Assembly (NCBI GenBank): GCA_963789955.1
Contig: CAWBMV010000034.1
Span: 96,001-160,000, forward strand
Reading direction: 5' to 3'
From: an uncultured Candidatus Rokubacteria bacterium
Lineage (GTDB): Bacteria > Methylomirabilota > Methylomirabilia > Rokubacteriales > CSP1-6
Length of the DNA stretch: 64,000 nt
Shown one piece after another: positions 10,326 through 19,580 of this stretch (position 1 is its first letter; each line of letters starts with the position of its first letter). The position numbers were made by a program, and so were the translations under genes. The notes under the pieces were generated by a model. The model worked only from the letters and a program-made list of their open reading frames with translations. It was not told the origin of the DNA and searched no databases.

Positions 10326-11126
10326 TCAGACCCGGAGCTTCGGATCCAGGGTGTCGCGCAGCCAGTCGCCGAGCAGGTTGACGCCGAGCGCCGTCAGCGC
10401 GAGCGCGGCGCCGGGGAACGCGGCGAGCCACCACGCGACGTACAGAAAGTCGCGGCTCTCCGAGAGCATGCTCCCCCACGCGGGGGTCGGCGGCTGGACG
10501 CCGAAGCCGAGAAAGCTGATCGCCGCCTCGGCGACGATGAACGACGAGAACTGGAGGCTCGCGACCACGATGATCGACGGCGCGACGTTGGGCAGCACGT
10601 GACGGAACATGAGCCGGACGCGTCCCATGCCGAGCGCCGCCGCCGCCTGAACGTAGTCGCGCTGCTTCACGGAAAGCACCTCGCCGCGCACCACGCGAGC
10701 ATACACGACCCATCCGGCCGCCGAAAGGCTGAGGATGATGTTGCGCAGGCCGAGCCCGACGATGGCGTTGATCGTCATCGCGAGCAGGATGAACGGAAAC
10801 GAAAGCTGCACGTCGACGATGCGCATCAGCACGGTCGACGGCCAGCGCTCGACGAATCCGGCGACGAGACCGAGCAGCCCGCCGACGACGGCGGTGACGA
10901 CGACCGTGCAGCCGCCGATGAACAATGCGAGACGCGCGCCGAACAGCAGGCGGGCGAGGAGATCGCGGCCGAGCTGATCGGTGCCCAGCGGATGACCGGC
11001 CGCGCCCGGCGGCTTGAGGCTCTCGGAGAATTCGGTCCGCAGCGGATCGTGCGGCGCCAGCCACGGCGCCAGGAGGGCCGAGAGGACCGCGGCCAGGGTC
11101 AGGCTGATCCCGAGCCACTTCTTCAT
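10326..11126 (-). CDS. Peptide ABC transporter permease (DppC-like)
   Basis: HPLGTDQLGRDLLARL, RHVLPN, EAAISFLG, PAWGSML. Confidence 0.92.
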   Translation of the reverse strand: MKKWLGISLTLAAVLSALLAPWLAPHDPLRTEFSESLKPPGAAGHPLGTDQLGRDLLARLLFGARLALFIGGCTVVVTAVVGGLLGLVAGFVERWPSTVLMRIVDVQLSFPFILLAMTINAIVGLGLRNIILSLSAAGWVVYARVVRGEVLSVKQRDYVQAAAALGMGRVRLMFRHVLPNVAPSIIVVASLQFSSFIVAEAAISFLGFGVQPPTPAWGSMLSESRDFLYVAWWLAAFPGAALALTALGVNLLGDWLRDTLDPKLRV

Positions 11127-11154
11127 GGGCGGGGTTCGTTCATCGCGCGATCAC

Positions 11155-12072
11155 TCATTGCAGACGCACACGCGGGTCGAGCCAGCCGTAGAGCAGGTCG
11201 ACGGCGAGGTTGACCAGCGTGTACATCAGCGAGATGAAAAAGACGGCGGCCAGGACGACGGGGAAATCGCGGTTGAGGAGCGCCTGGACGGTGAGCCGGC
11301 CGAGCCCGGGCCACGCGAAGATCGTCTCGGTGATCACCGCGCCACCGAGCACCTGGCCGGCCTCGAGCCCGGCGAGCGTGACGATCGGGATCGCCGAGTT
11401 GCGCAAGGTGTGCTTGCCGATCACGCGGCCCTCGCCGAGCCCCTTGGCGCGCGCGGTCAGGACGTAGTCTTCGCCGAGCGCGTCGAGCACCGCCGAGCGC
11501 GTGAGGCGCGCGATCCGCGCCGAGTAGAACGCGGCCAGCACGATCGAGGGCATCACGAGATGCGCGAGGCCCCCCATGCCGCCGGTCGGCAGCCAGCGGA
11601 GCTGTACCGAGAACAGATAGATGAGGAGGAGCCCGAGCCAGAAGCCGGGCGTCGCCTGGCCCAGCACCGTCGAGATCGTCCCGACGTGATCGAGCACGCT
11701 GTCGCGACGCACCGCCGAGACCACGCCGAGCGGCACCGCGACGACGACGGTGAGCAGCAACGACGTGCCGGCCAGGAGCAAGGTCGCCGGCAGTCGCTCG
11801 AGCACGAGGCCCAGCGCGTCCCGGCGGTAGCGGAGCGACTCGCCGAAGTCGCCGCGCAGTGCGCCGCCGACGAAGCGCGCGTACTGCAACGGCAGGGGAT
11901 CGTTGAAGCCCAGACGCTGACGGAACTCGTTCACGTCCTTGGCCTGAATGTCCATGGGCATGAAGAGCAGGACGGGATCGCCGGCGAGGCGCACCATGAA
12001 GAAGACCGCCGTGAGGGACAGAAAAACCACGAGCGCCGTCTGGGCGAGACGGGAGACGACGTAGGCCCGCAT
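11155..12072 (-). CDS. Peptide ABC transporter permease (DppB-like)
   Basis: GDFGES, RLPATL, EDYVLTARAKGL, ETIFAWPGLG, DPRVR. Confidence 0.92.
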   Translation of the reverse strand: MRAYVVSRLAQTALVVFLSLTAVFFMVRLAGDPVLLFMPMDIQAKDVNEFRQRLGFNDPLPLQYARFVGGALRGDFGESLRYRRDALGLVLERLPATLLLAGTSLLLTVVVAVPLGVVSAVRRDSVLDHVGTISTVLGQATPGFWLGLLLIYLFSVQLRWLPTGGMGGLAHLVMPSIVLAAFYSARIARLTRSAVLDALGEDYVLTARAKGLGEGRVIGKHTLRNSAIPIVTLAGLEAGQVLGGAVITETIFAWPGLGRLTVQALLNRDFPVVLAAVFFISLMYTLVNLAVDLLYGWLDPRVRLQ

Positions 12073-12127
12073 GGGCCTACAGTTGTATCACGGTGCTACG
12101 CGTGACCCGGCCGGCGGCGGCCGTCGC

Positions 12128-12529
12128 TCAGCAGGCGCGCTCGGGGACCCAGTAAGGCTGGTAGTAGCCCCCGGTGTACGAGCGGGACTCGTAGTGCCCC
12201 TCGACCCACACCGCGTCGTAGTTGTAGTAGGACGGGACCCACACGTTCTCGGCGTAGCTCTGGGGCACCCACGTGTACGCCCAGTAGCCCTGGACCACAC
12301 ACCGCTGCGGCGCGGCGAAGTAGACCGGCTGCGGGACGACGACAACCGGCGCCACCGGGCGGCGTGTGAAGTTCGGCCGCTGGGAATGTTGGATCTGCCC
12401 CGGCTGGTTCTTACCCTGACGGAAGTCGGTGTTGTTCTTGAAGGTGACGGTCACGTCGGCGGCGTGGGCGCCGACCGGAATTCCGGCAACCAGCACGGTC
12501 AGCAGCGGCAGAACGGCCAGGAGTTTCAT
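12128..12529 (-). CDS. Hypothetical secreted protein with Trp/Tyr-rich WVP/WVE repeats
   Basis: Signal peptide ending AHA; GGAGG RBS; WVPQSY, WVPSYY, WVEGHY, WVPER. Confidence 0.7.
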   Translation of the reverse strand: MKLLAVLPLLTVLVAGIPVGAHAADVTVTFKNNTDFRQGKNQPGQIQHSQRPNFTRRPVAPVVVVPQPVYFAAPQRCVVQGYWAYTWVPQSYAENVWVPSYYNYDAVWVEGHYESRSYTGGYYQPYWVPERAC

Positions 12530-12620
12530 GTCGCGTCCTCCATACCTTCTGTACGTTCTGACTGCGCCCTGCGGGTTTCTATTTACTTCGACGATCCCGC
12601 CGGGCGCGGCGGGCGAAGCG

Positions 12621-13580
12621 TCACCAGCGCGACGCTTCCTCGAGGGTGCGGCGGTACCACGGGGCGTCGGGGAAGGTGATCGGGCGGATCGCGGGCAAGG
12701 TCACGCCCGCCTCACGATAGGCGCGCACGAAGGCCGCGCCGGCCTCGGGCTTGCCGACCCCGCCGACGGCGCGGGTCAGCCCCTCGGCCACCTCGCCATT
12801 CCGATCGAAGGCCGCGAGCTCCTTGCCGAGGCCGCTGGCCTCGAGCATGGCGCGGTAGAACGGCAAGGTGAGATAGCGCGCGAGCTCACCGCGGAAGGCG
12901 GCGAGGGCCGCCGGCGCGTCGTCCGAGATCGCGAGCGGCACGGCCGCGACGATCTCGAAGCCGTCCAGGGTCTTGCCCGCGCGCGCTCGACCGCGGCCGA
13001 GCGCCGGCACCGCGACGTCTCGTACGTAGTCGGGCGAGCAGAGCCAGAGGACGACGCCGTCGGCGATCTCGCCGGCGAGCTCGAGCATCTTCTTCGACAG
13101 CGCCGCGAGATAGATCGGCGGCGCCGGCGGCCGCTCGGGCACCGCGAGACTCCAGTTGACCTTGTAGTGCCGGCCTTCGAAGGCCGCGGTGCCGCCGAGC
13201 GCGCCGCGGAGGACGGCGACGTACTCTCGCGTCACGGCGAGCGGCTCGCGCAGGGTGAGTCCGAGCGAGGCCTCCATGCTGACCTTGTGGCTCACGCCGA
13301 TGCCCAGCGTGAATCTCCCGCCGCTGATTTCCGAGAGCGTGAGCGCCGCCTGAGCCATCGCGACGGGGTGACGCGGGTAGATCGGGACGACGCCGTTGCC
13401 CAGCCCGAGGCGCGTCGTCGCGGCGCCGTAGGCGCCGAGCACGAGGAACGAATCACGCCCGGAGCCGTGGGTCACCCACGCGCTGTCGTAGCCGAGCGCC
13501 TCGGCGCGTCGCGCGAGGTCGACGCCGGCCGCGAGGTCGCGCCCCGGATTGAGGAAGGCCGCGCGCTTCAGTGGGGCCAC
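12621..13580 (-). CDS. Luciferase-like (LLM) flavin-dependent oxidoreductase
   Basis: AEALGYDSAW, RHPVAMAQAALTL, SGGRFTLGIG, MLELAGEIADG. Confidence 0.9.
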   Translation of the reverse strand: MAPLKRAAFLNPGRDLAAGVDLARRAEALGYDSAWVTHGSGRDSFLVLGAYGAATTRLGLGNGVVPIYPRHPVAMAQAALTLSEISGGRFTLGIGVSHKVSMEASLGLTLREPLAVTREYVAVLRGALGGTAAFEGRHYKVNWSLAVPERPPAPPIYLAALSKKMLELAGEIADGVVLWLCSPDYVRDVAVPALGRGRARAGKTLDGFEIVAAVPLAISDDAPAALAAFRGELARYLTLPFYRAMLEASGLGKELAAFDRNGEVAEGLTRAVGGVGKPEAGAAFVRAYREAGVTLPAIRPITFPDAPWYRRTLEEASRW

Positions 13581-13581
13581 G

Positions 13582-13854
13582 TCAGTCGCGGATCCAGGAC
13601 TCGGCGAGCGGGATCGGCGCCTGGCGCGCCCGGGCGCGGAGCGGGATCACGTTGGAGCCGCGAGCCGCGCTCGGCGCCAGCCGCAGGAGCCCTTCCACTT
13701 CGGCGCGGCGGTAGAGCCGCTGGCGCTTGATCCCCTGGCGGTAGCTGCGCAGCACGCCGCGGCTCACGTAGGCGTAGAGCGTCGCCGGCTTCACGCCGAG
13801 CAGGCGCGAGGCCTCCTTGACCGTCAGGTACTCCTCACCGTTCACGCTGACCAT
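13582..13854 (-). CDS. Small MerR/Xis/BldC-like helix-turn-helix protein
   Basis: YLTVKEASRLLGVKPATLYAYVSRGVLRS...RLYRRAEVE; GGAGG RBS upstream. Confidence 0.85.
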   Translation of the reverse strand: MVSVNGEEYLTVKEASRLLGVKPATLYAYVSRGVLRSYRQGIKRQRLYRRAEVEGLLRLAPSAARGSNVIPLRARARQAPIPLAESWIRD

Positions 13855-13911
13855 CGCGTTTCGCCTCCGACGCTAGCAGGACCGGCCGGTCTCGTCCAGG
13901 GTCCGCTGGTC

Positions 13912-13961
13912 GAGTCAATCTAAATCAAGTATAATCAATACTGATCAACTAGAGTCAGCGG
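13912..13961. promoter_or_regulatory. Array of five 10-bp-phased TCA(A) direct repeats overlapping a TATAAT -10 box
   Basis: GAGTCAATCT/AAATCAAGTA/TAATCAATAC/TGATCAACTA/GAGTCAGCGG; TCA starts at 13915, 13925, 13935, 13945 and 13955; TATAAT at 13930-13935. Confidence 0.7.
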
Positions 13962-13992
13962 CGCAGCAGCGGACCAACGGAAGGAGGCGGCG

Positions 13993-15189
13993 ATGGAGAC
14001 GGGGTGGAAGGCGGGGCTCGAGGACGTCATCGCGGCGCGGTCGGGGATCTGCCAGGTCGACGGCGAGCGCGGGAAGCTCTACTACCGGGGCTACGAGATC
14101 GCCGATCTGGCCGGCGCGCTCTCGTTCGAGGACGTGACGGCGCTCCTCTGGCGCGGCGAGCTGCCCTCCGCCGCCGAGTCGGCCGACTTCGCCTCGCGGC
14201 TCGAGGCGGCGAGAGGCCTCCCGGCACCCGTGGCGGATCTGCTCCAGACCCTGCCGCGCGATGCGCATCCGCTCGACGCGCTGCGCACCGCCGTCTCGCT
14301 GGCCGCGACCCGCGACCCCGACGTGCGCTCGAACGAGCCCGACGCCAATCTGCGCAAGGCGTTCCGGCTGATGACCCTGGTGCCGGAGACGGTCGCCGCC
14401 TGGCAGCGGATCCGTACCGGCCGGACGCCCGTGTCAGCGCCGGGCGCCACGTCCCACGCGGCGTACTTCCTGGAGCTCCTCGACGGCAAGGCGCCCTCGC
14501 GCGAGGTCGCGCGCGTTCTGGATCTGGTGCTCACCCTGCACGCCGATCACGAGCTCAACGCCTCGACGTTCGCGGCGCGGGTCGGCGTCGCGACCCTCAC
14601 CGATCTCCATGCGGCCATCGTGGCGGCGGTCGCGACCCTGAAGGGTCCGCGGCACGGCGGCGCCAACGAGGACGTGCTCGCGATGCTGCTCGAGATCGGC
14701 GAGCCGTCGCGCGCGGAGCGCTACATCGAGTCGCGCCTCGGCGCCCGGGCGGGGCTCTCCAGGCAGGAGCGCGGCAACCCCCGGGTGCGCGTGCCCGGGT
14801 TCGGTCATCGCGTGTACAAGGTGGACGACGCGCGGGCGCGGGTGCTGCGCGGCATGGCCAAGTCGATGGCGGAGGCGACCGGCCGGGAGAAGCTCTTCGA
14901 GGTGGCCGAGCGCGTCTACGACGCGATGCGGGCCCGGACGAGCTTGCCGGTCAACGTCGACTTCTTCTCGGCGGTGGTCTACGACGCGCTCGGCATCCCG
15001 CCGGACTTCTGCACGTCGATCTTCGCCGTCGGGCGCGTCGCGGGCTGGTGCGCGCACGCGCTGGAGCAGTACGCGGACAATCGGCTCATCCGGCCGCGCG
15101 CCGACTACATCGGCGCGGCGCCGCGGCCGCTCGCGGCCGATCAGCGACGGAAGACCGAGACCTCCATGGCGTCGTCGTCGAAGTCGTAG
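13993..15189 (+). CDS. Citrate synthase / 2-methylcitrate synthase family protein
   Basis: GLEDV, LYYRGY, HADHELNASTF, KGPRHGGANE, PGFGHRVYK, NVDFF, RLIRPRADY; AAGGAGG RBS. Confidence 0.92.
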   Translation: METGWKAGLEDVIAARSGICQVDGERGKLYYRGYEIADLAGALSFEDVTALLWRGELPSAAESADFASRLEAARGLPAPVADLLQTLPRDAHPLDALRTAVSLAATRDPDVRSNEPDANLRKAFRLMTLVPETVAAWQRIRTGRTPVSAPGATSHAAYFLELLDGKAPSREVARVLDLVLTLHADHELNASTFAARVGVATLTDLHAAIVAAVATLKGPRHGGANEDVLAMLLEIGEPSRAERYIESRLGARAGLSRQERGNPRVRVPGFGHRVYKVDDARARVLRGMAKSMAEATGREKLFEVAERVYDAMRARTSLPVNVDFFSAVVYDALGIPPDFCTSIFAVGRVAGWCAHALEQYADNRLIRPRADYIGAAPRPLAADQRRKTETSMASSSKS

Positions 15190-15698
15190 TCGCGACTGTC
15201 GTAGCGGCCGCCGGTCCGCACGTACTCGAGATACGGCGCCACCTCGCGGCGCGCGATGCCGGTGTTGTCGGCCACGATGACCGCGCCGGGCACGAGCTTG
15301 GGCTCGAGCTGGCGCAGATAGTCGAGATAGTCTTCTTTCTCGGCGTCGATGAACGCGAAATCGAAGCGGCCGGGCAGGAGCGGGATGACCCGGAGCGCGT
15401 CGCCGGCGACGACCTTCACCCGGCGGGCGAGGCCGGCCTCTTCGACGTTCGCTCGCACGAGATACGCCAGGAACGGATTCGCCTCGATGCACGTGAGCCG
15501 TCCGCGCGGCGGCATCGAGCCGGCGATCAGGATCGCCGAGTAGCCGAGCAGGGAGCCGAGCTCGATCGCGCGTGTCGGCCGGTGGCGGTCGAGAAGCCGC
15601 CGCAGCACGCGGCCCTTGGCCCGCCCGACGTTCGGGATGTGCCAGGACGTCGTGGCGCGGTCCATCAGCGCCAGCATCCGGCGGGCTTGCTTCGTCAC
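15141..15698 (-). CDS. O-methyltransferase (COMT/CCoAOMT-like)
   Basis: IELGSLLGYSA, FDFAFIDAEKEDY, VIVADN; GTG overlaps the upstream stop. Confidence 0.85.
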   Translation of the reverse strand: MTKQARRMLALMDRATTSWHIPNVGRAKGRVLRRLLDRHRPTRAIELGSLLGYSAILIAGSMPPRGRLTCIEANPFLAYLVRANVEEAGLARRVKVVAGDALRVIPLLPGRFDFAFIDAEKEDYLDYLRQLEPKLVPGAVIVADNTGIARREVAPYLEYVRTGGRYDSRDYDFDDDAMEVSVFRR

Positions 15699-16648
15699 GC
15701 GCGCGTAGCCGGGACGCGACCCGCGACCGTGTCGGGCACCGGGTAGCGTCGCGTCGACTTTCCCGCCTTGACGATCTGGCCGGGAAGCGCCCGGCCGACG
15801 ATGTCCTGGACTCGCCGCGACACCGCGATCAGCCGATCCAGATCGATCCCGGTCTCGACGCCCATCGCGGCGAGGCAGTGCACGAGATCTTCGCTGCACA
15901 CGTTGCCCGAGGCGCCCGGCGCGAACGGGCAGCCACCCAGACCGCCGATCGAGCAGTCGAGATTCGTGACGCCGTACTCCATGGCCGCCAGGATGTTAGG
16001 AATCGCCATCGCGCGCGTGTCGTGCGTGTGGAGCGTCCACTCGGTCCCCGGGAACTTCGGCACGAGGTGCTCGAGCACGCGCGCGACCTGACGCGGGTTG
16101 GCCATCCCGGTGGTGTCGGCGAGGCCGATGGCGCGCGCGCCCATGTCGGCCAGGCGGCGCACCACGCTCTCGAGCTGCGCGAGCGGCACGTCGCCTTCGA
16201 ACGGACAGCCGAACGACGTCGAGATGCCGCAGGCCACCGGCACCTTCGCGCGCTCGGCCACCTGCATGACCGCGCGCAGCTTTGCCATCGATTCCGCGAT
16301 CGTCATGTTGACGTTGGCCAGGTTGTGGCTCTCGCTGGCCGAGACCACGGTATGGATCGCGTCGACGCCGGCGTCGACCGCGCGCACCGCGCCCTTGTCG
16401 TTGGGCACGAGCGCCGCATAGCGCGTGCCCGGCCGACGCGTGATGCCCGCCATGACCTGCTCGGCGTCGCGCAGCTGCGGGACCACTTTCGGGTGCACGA
16501 AGGACGTGACCTCGATCCGAGGGACGCCCGCGGCCGACAGGAGATTCACGACCTCGATCTTCTGCTCGGTCGGGATGAAATCGGGCTCGATCTGGAACCC
16601 ATCGCGGGTCCCCACTTCGCAGATCGTGACACGCGCCGGCAGCTTCAT
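15695..16648 (-). CDS. Hydroxymethylglutaryl-CoA lyase family protein
   Basis: EVGTRDGFQ, TSFVHPK..PQL, FGCPFEG, LADTTG, HTHDT, GGLGGCPFAPGASGN. Confidence 0.92.
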   Translation of the reverse strand: MKLPARVTICEVGTRDGFQIEPDFIPTEQKIEVVNLLSAAGVPRIEVTSFVHPKVVPQLRDAEQVMAGITRRPGTRYAALVPNDKGAVRAVDAGVDAIHTVVSASESHNLANVNMTIAESMAKLRAVMQVAERAKVPVACGISTSFGCPFEGDVPLAQLESVVRRLADMGARAIGLADTTGMANPRQVARVLEHLVPKFPGTEWTLHTHDTRAMAIPNILAAMEYGVTNLDCSIGGLGGCPFAPGASGNVCSEDLVHCLAAMGVETGIDLDRLIAVSRRVQDIVGRALPGQIVKAGKSTRRYPVPDTVAGRVPATRA

Positions 16649-16730
16649 AGCGTCCTCCAGACCTCCGGGTGTGGAAACTGTAGCATGGCGGGCGCCGAAC
16701 CCATCGACGCAGGACCGCGAGTCCTCCACG

Positions 16731-17743
16731 CTATTCGAGGACGCGATCGATGCGGGGAATCAGATCACGGGGGATGTCAAGATTGATCGCGCGAGCCACC
16801 CTCGCGTTGACGACAAACTCAACGCGGTTGTTCGCCTCGATCGGGATGTCTCCGGGCCGGACGCCGCGGATGACCTTGTCGAGGATGCGGGCCGCCTGGC
16901 GACCCGATTCGTGCAGGTTGGCTCCGTAGCTCGCGAGACCCCCGCGCTCCACGTAGAAGTGGTGTGGAACATCGTCGGAAGGTGAAGCCGTGAGGAAGTC
17001 TCGACGACGAAGCCCGGGATGTTCGAGCGTCACCGCGAACGGCGCCAGGATCGCTTGCACGTCATGTCTTGCGCAGCTGCTCGAAGGTGCGCTGGGCGTC
17101 ACCCTGGGTGCGGAGATCTCTCTCGACGAGCGCGATCCCGAGCGTCCGGCTCGCCTCGCGGTACGCCTTGAGCTCGAGGGCGGAGACCGCGTTGCCCCCG
17201 TCGTACGCAAACAGCACACGCTTGAGCGCAGGGACCAGAGCCCGGAAGAGCTCTAGCCGCTTGGGAGACAGCTCCACGTCTTCACTGGTCACGCCGGTCA
17301 GGTTCCCGCCGGGCCTCGCGTAGCTGCGGACAGCTCCGAGCGTCACCGGATCGACCGCCGCGACGAAGATGATCGGCGTCTTCGGCGCGATTTCCGTGGC
17401 CGCGTTGAGGGCGGACGTCGAGCCGAGCACGAGCACGTCCACACCTTGCTGAATGAACTCCCGAGTGACCGTCGGCAGGGCTCCGAAGTCACCCCGGGTG
17501 AATCGAACGCCGAGAACGAAATCATCATGTTCGCGGTAGCCGAGCTCCACCAATCCGTTCCTGAGCCCGACCAGTTGCAGGGGTTGGCCCCCACGCCTCC
17601 GAGACGCCACCGATGCGAACGGGGCGGCGCAGCTGAGCCGCTGCAGTGGATGGCCACGGCGGCGCGCCCGACAACAGGGCGAGCAAGAGCACAAGAGCGG
17701 CGCCGCGGCGATCTGAGCGACGCCGGAAGCCGGGCGCTGTCAC
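16731..17743 (-). CDS. ABC_sub_bind-type substrate-binding protein; several frameshifts
   Basis: GLVELGY, PIIFVAAVDPVTLG..SYARPGGNLTG, KRLELF, GGLASYG, DKVIRG..PGDIPIE, FVVN..A across frames. Confidence 0.8.
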
Positions 17744-17752
17744 GTCGTCGGT

Positions 17753-18344
17753 CTAACGCTTCGGCGCGTGCTCACGCGCTGCTTTGAGCAGGACCTCCGT
17801 CGGGAAGACGCCCATGTCTTCGCCGATCCACCGAGCACGCACGATGCCGTTGGCGTCGACGAGAAAGAAGGCGCGCTTGGAGACGAGAGTCCTTCATCTC
17901 GGGATAGTCGTTCTTGCCGGTCGTATGACCGTAGACGACACCGTAGGCGCGCGTGGCCGTCATCGCGCGATCGCTCAGGAGTGGAAACGGCAGCTTGAGC
18001 GAGTCGGCGAATGCCTTCTGAGAGAAGACGTTGTCGGTGCTGATTCCGAGGATCTGGACACCAGCGGCCCGAAACTTTTCGTAGTCGACCTTCCTGGCCG
18101 ACAGGTTGTCCGCTCAGGCCGGCGCGAAGTCGGCGCCGTAGAACTCGATCAGCACCGTCTGCTTGCCCAAAAACTGGCTCAGCTTCATCGTGCCGCCGGT
18201 CGTCGCCGGCAGCTCGAAGTCGGGCGCTCGTTCCCCGATCTCGATGGCCTCGAGCGTCGCTGCGCCAAACACGCCGGCGACGATAGCGCCGACGAGCAGG
18301 ACGCCGATAGTGACGAGGAGCCGTTGCCTGAAACGCGTGACCAT
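17753..18344 (-). CDS. Putative selenocysteine-containing peroxiredoxin (AhpC/TSA, AhpE/BCP-like) with N-terminal signal or anchor; TGA=Sec at 18114-18116; frameshift near 17888
   Basis: GERAPDFEL...IEFYGADFAPA-TGA-ADNLSARKVDYEKFRAAGVQILGISTDNVFSQKAFADSLKLPFPLLSD...SKRAFFLVDANGIVR. The TGA sits where the peroxidatic Cys belongs. Confidence 0.85.
18084..18102 (-). promoter_or_regulatory. Candidate bacterial SECIS hairpin
   Basis: mRNA GUCGGCC-AGGAA-GGUCGAC (7-bp stem, one G:U pair), starting 11 nt 3' of the UGA. Confidence 0.7.
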
Positions 18345-18410
18345 GCTGTGGCAGTTCTCCGCGAAAACCTGTTGGTGGACTCGATCCCGAGGGCGTTTCC
18401 ACCGATCTCG

Positions 18411-19578
18411 TCAGTAGCTCCGCGGCATCCCGAGCACGTGCTCGCCGACGTACGCGAGCACGAGGTTGTTGTTGACCGGCGCCGTCTTGTAGAGCCGGCA
18501 CTCCCGGAACTTCCGCTCGACGTCGTACTCCTCGGCGTAGCCGTAGCCGCCGTGACAGTCGATGCACGCGTTGCCGGCTTCCCACGCCGCCTCCGCCCCG
18601 AGGTACTTCGCCATGTTGGCCTCGCCGCCGCACGGCTGGCCGCCGTCGAAGAGCGACCGCCGCCTTGTCGCGCATGAGCTGCGCGGCGTCGGTCGAGACG
18701 TGGGCCTTGGCGATCGCGAACTGCACGCCCTGGTTGGCGCCGATCGGCTTGCCGAAGATGACGCGCTGGTTCGAGTACGCGACCGCTTTCTCGGTGAACC
18801 AGCGCGCGTCGCCGAGCGAGTCCGAGGCGACCAGGATTCGCTCGGCGTTCATCCCGTCCAGGATGTAGGAGAAGCCCTTGCCCTCCTGGCCGATCAGGCT
18901 GGTGGCCGGGATCTCGACGTTGTCGAAGAACAGCGCGTTGGTCGAGTGGTTCATCATCATCCGGAGCGGCCGAACCTCGAAGCCCTTGAGGTTGCGGATG
19001 TCGATCAGGAACACCGACAGCCCATCGGTCTTCCGTTTCACCTGGTCGACCGGCGTCGTGCGCGCGAGCAGCAGCATCAGATCGGACTGGAGCACGCGCG
19101 AGATGAACATCTTCTGGCCGTTGACGACGTAGCGGTCGCCCTTGCGAATCGCCGTGGTCTGGAGCTTCGTGGTGTCCGAGCCCGAGTTCGGCTCCGTCAC
19201 GCCGAAGGCCTGCAGGCGCAGCGCGCCGGTCGCGATCTTCGGCAGATACTCGCGCTTCTGCGCCTCGGAGCCGTGCCGCAGCACGGTGCCCATGATGTAC
19301 ATCTGGGCGTGACAGGCTCCCGCGTTGCCGCCGGAGTAGTTGATCGTCTCGAGGATCAGCCCGCCCTCGCGGATCCCGAGCCCGGCCCCGCCGTACTCTT
19401 GCGGGATCAGCGCCGCGAGGTAGCCCGCCTCGGTGAGCTCGGTGACGAACTTGTCCGGGTACTCGCGGCGGCTGTCGAGGTCGCGCCAGTACTCGCCGGG
19501 ATACCGCTTGCAGATCTCCAGCACGCCCGCGCGGAGCGCGCGCTGCTCTTCGGTGAGGGAGAGCTCGATCGACGCCAT
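18411..19578 (-). CDS. Acyl-CoA dehydrogenase; frameshift near 18655
   Basis: IPQEYGGAG, FGVTEPNSGSD, VNGQKMFIS, NAERI, RVIFGKPIG, HGGYGYAEEYDVERKFRE. Confidence 0.92.
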
Positions 19579-19580
19579 CG

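Noticed and set aside
12128..12130. Other TGA stops checked for Sec readthrough (e.g. after ...PERAC)
   Set aside because: No domain continuation or SECIS-like hairpin downstream. The check was by eye and not exhaustive.
13582..13854. Excisionase-like gene as a sign of a prophage or ICE
   Set aside because: No integrase, att site, tRNA or phage genes nearby; context is metabolic.
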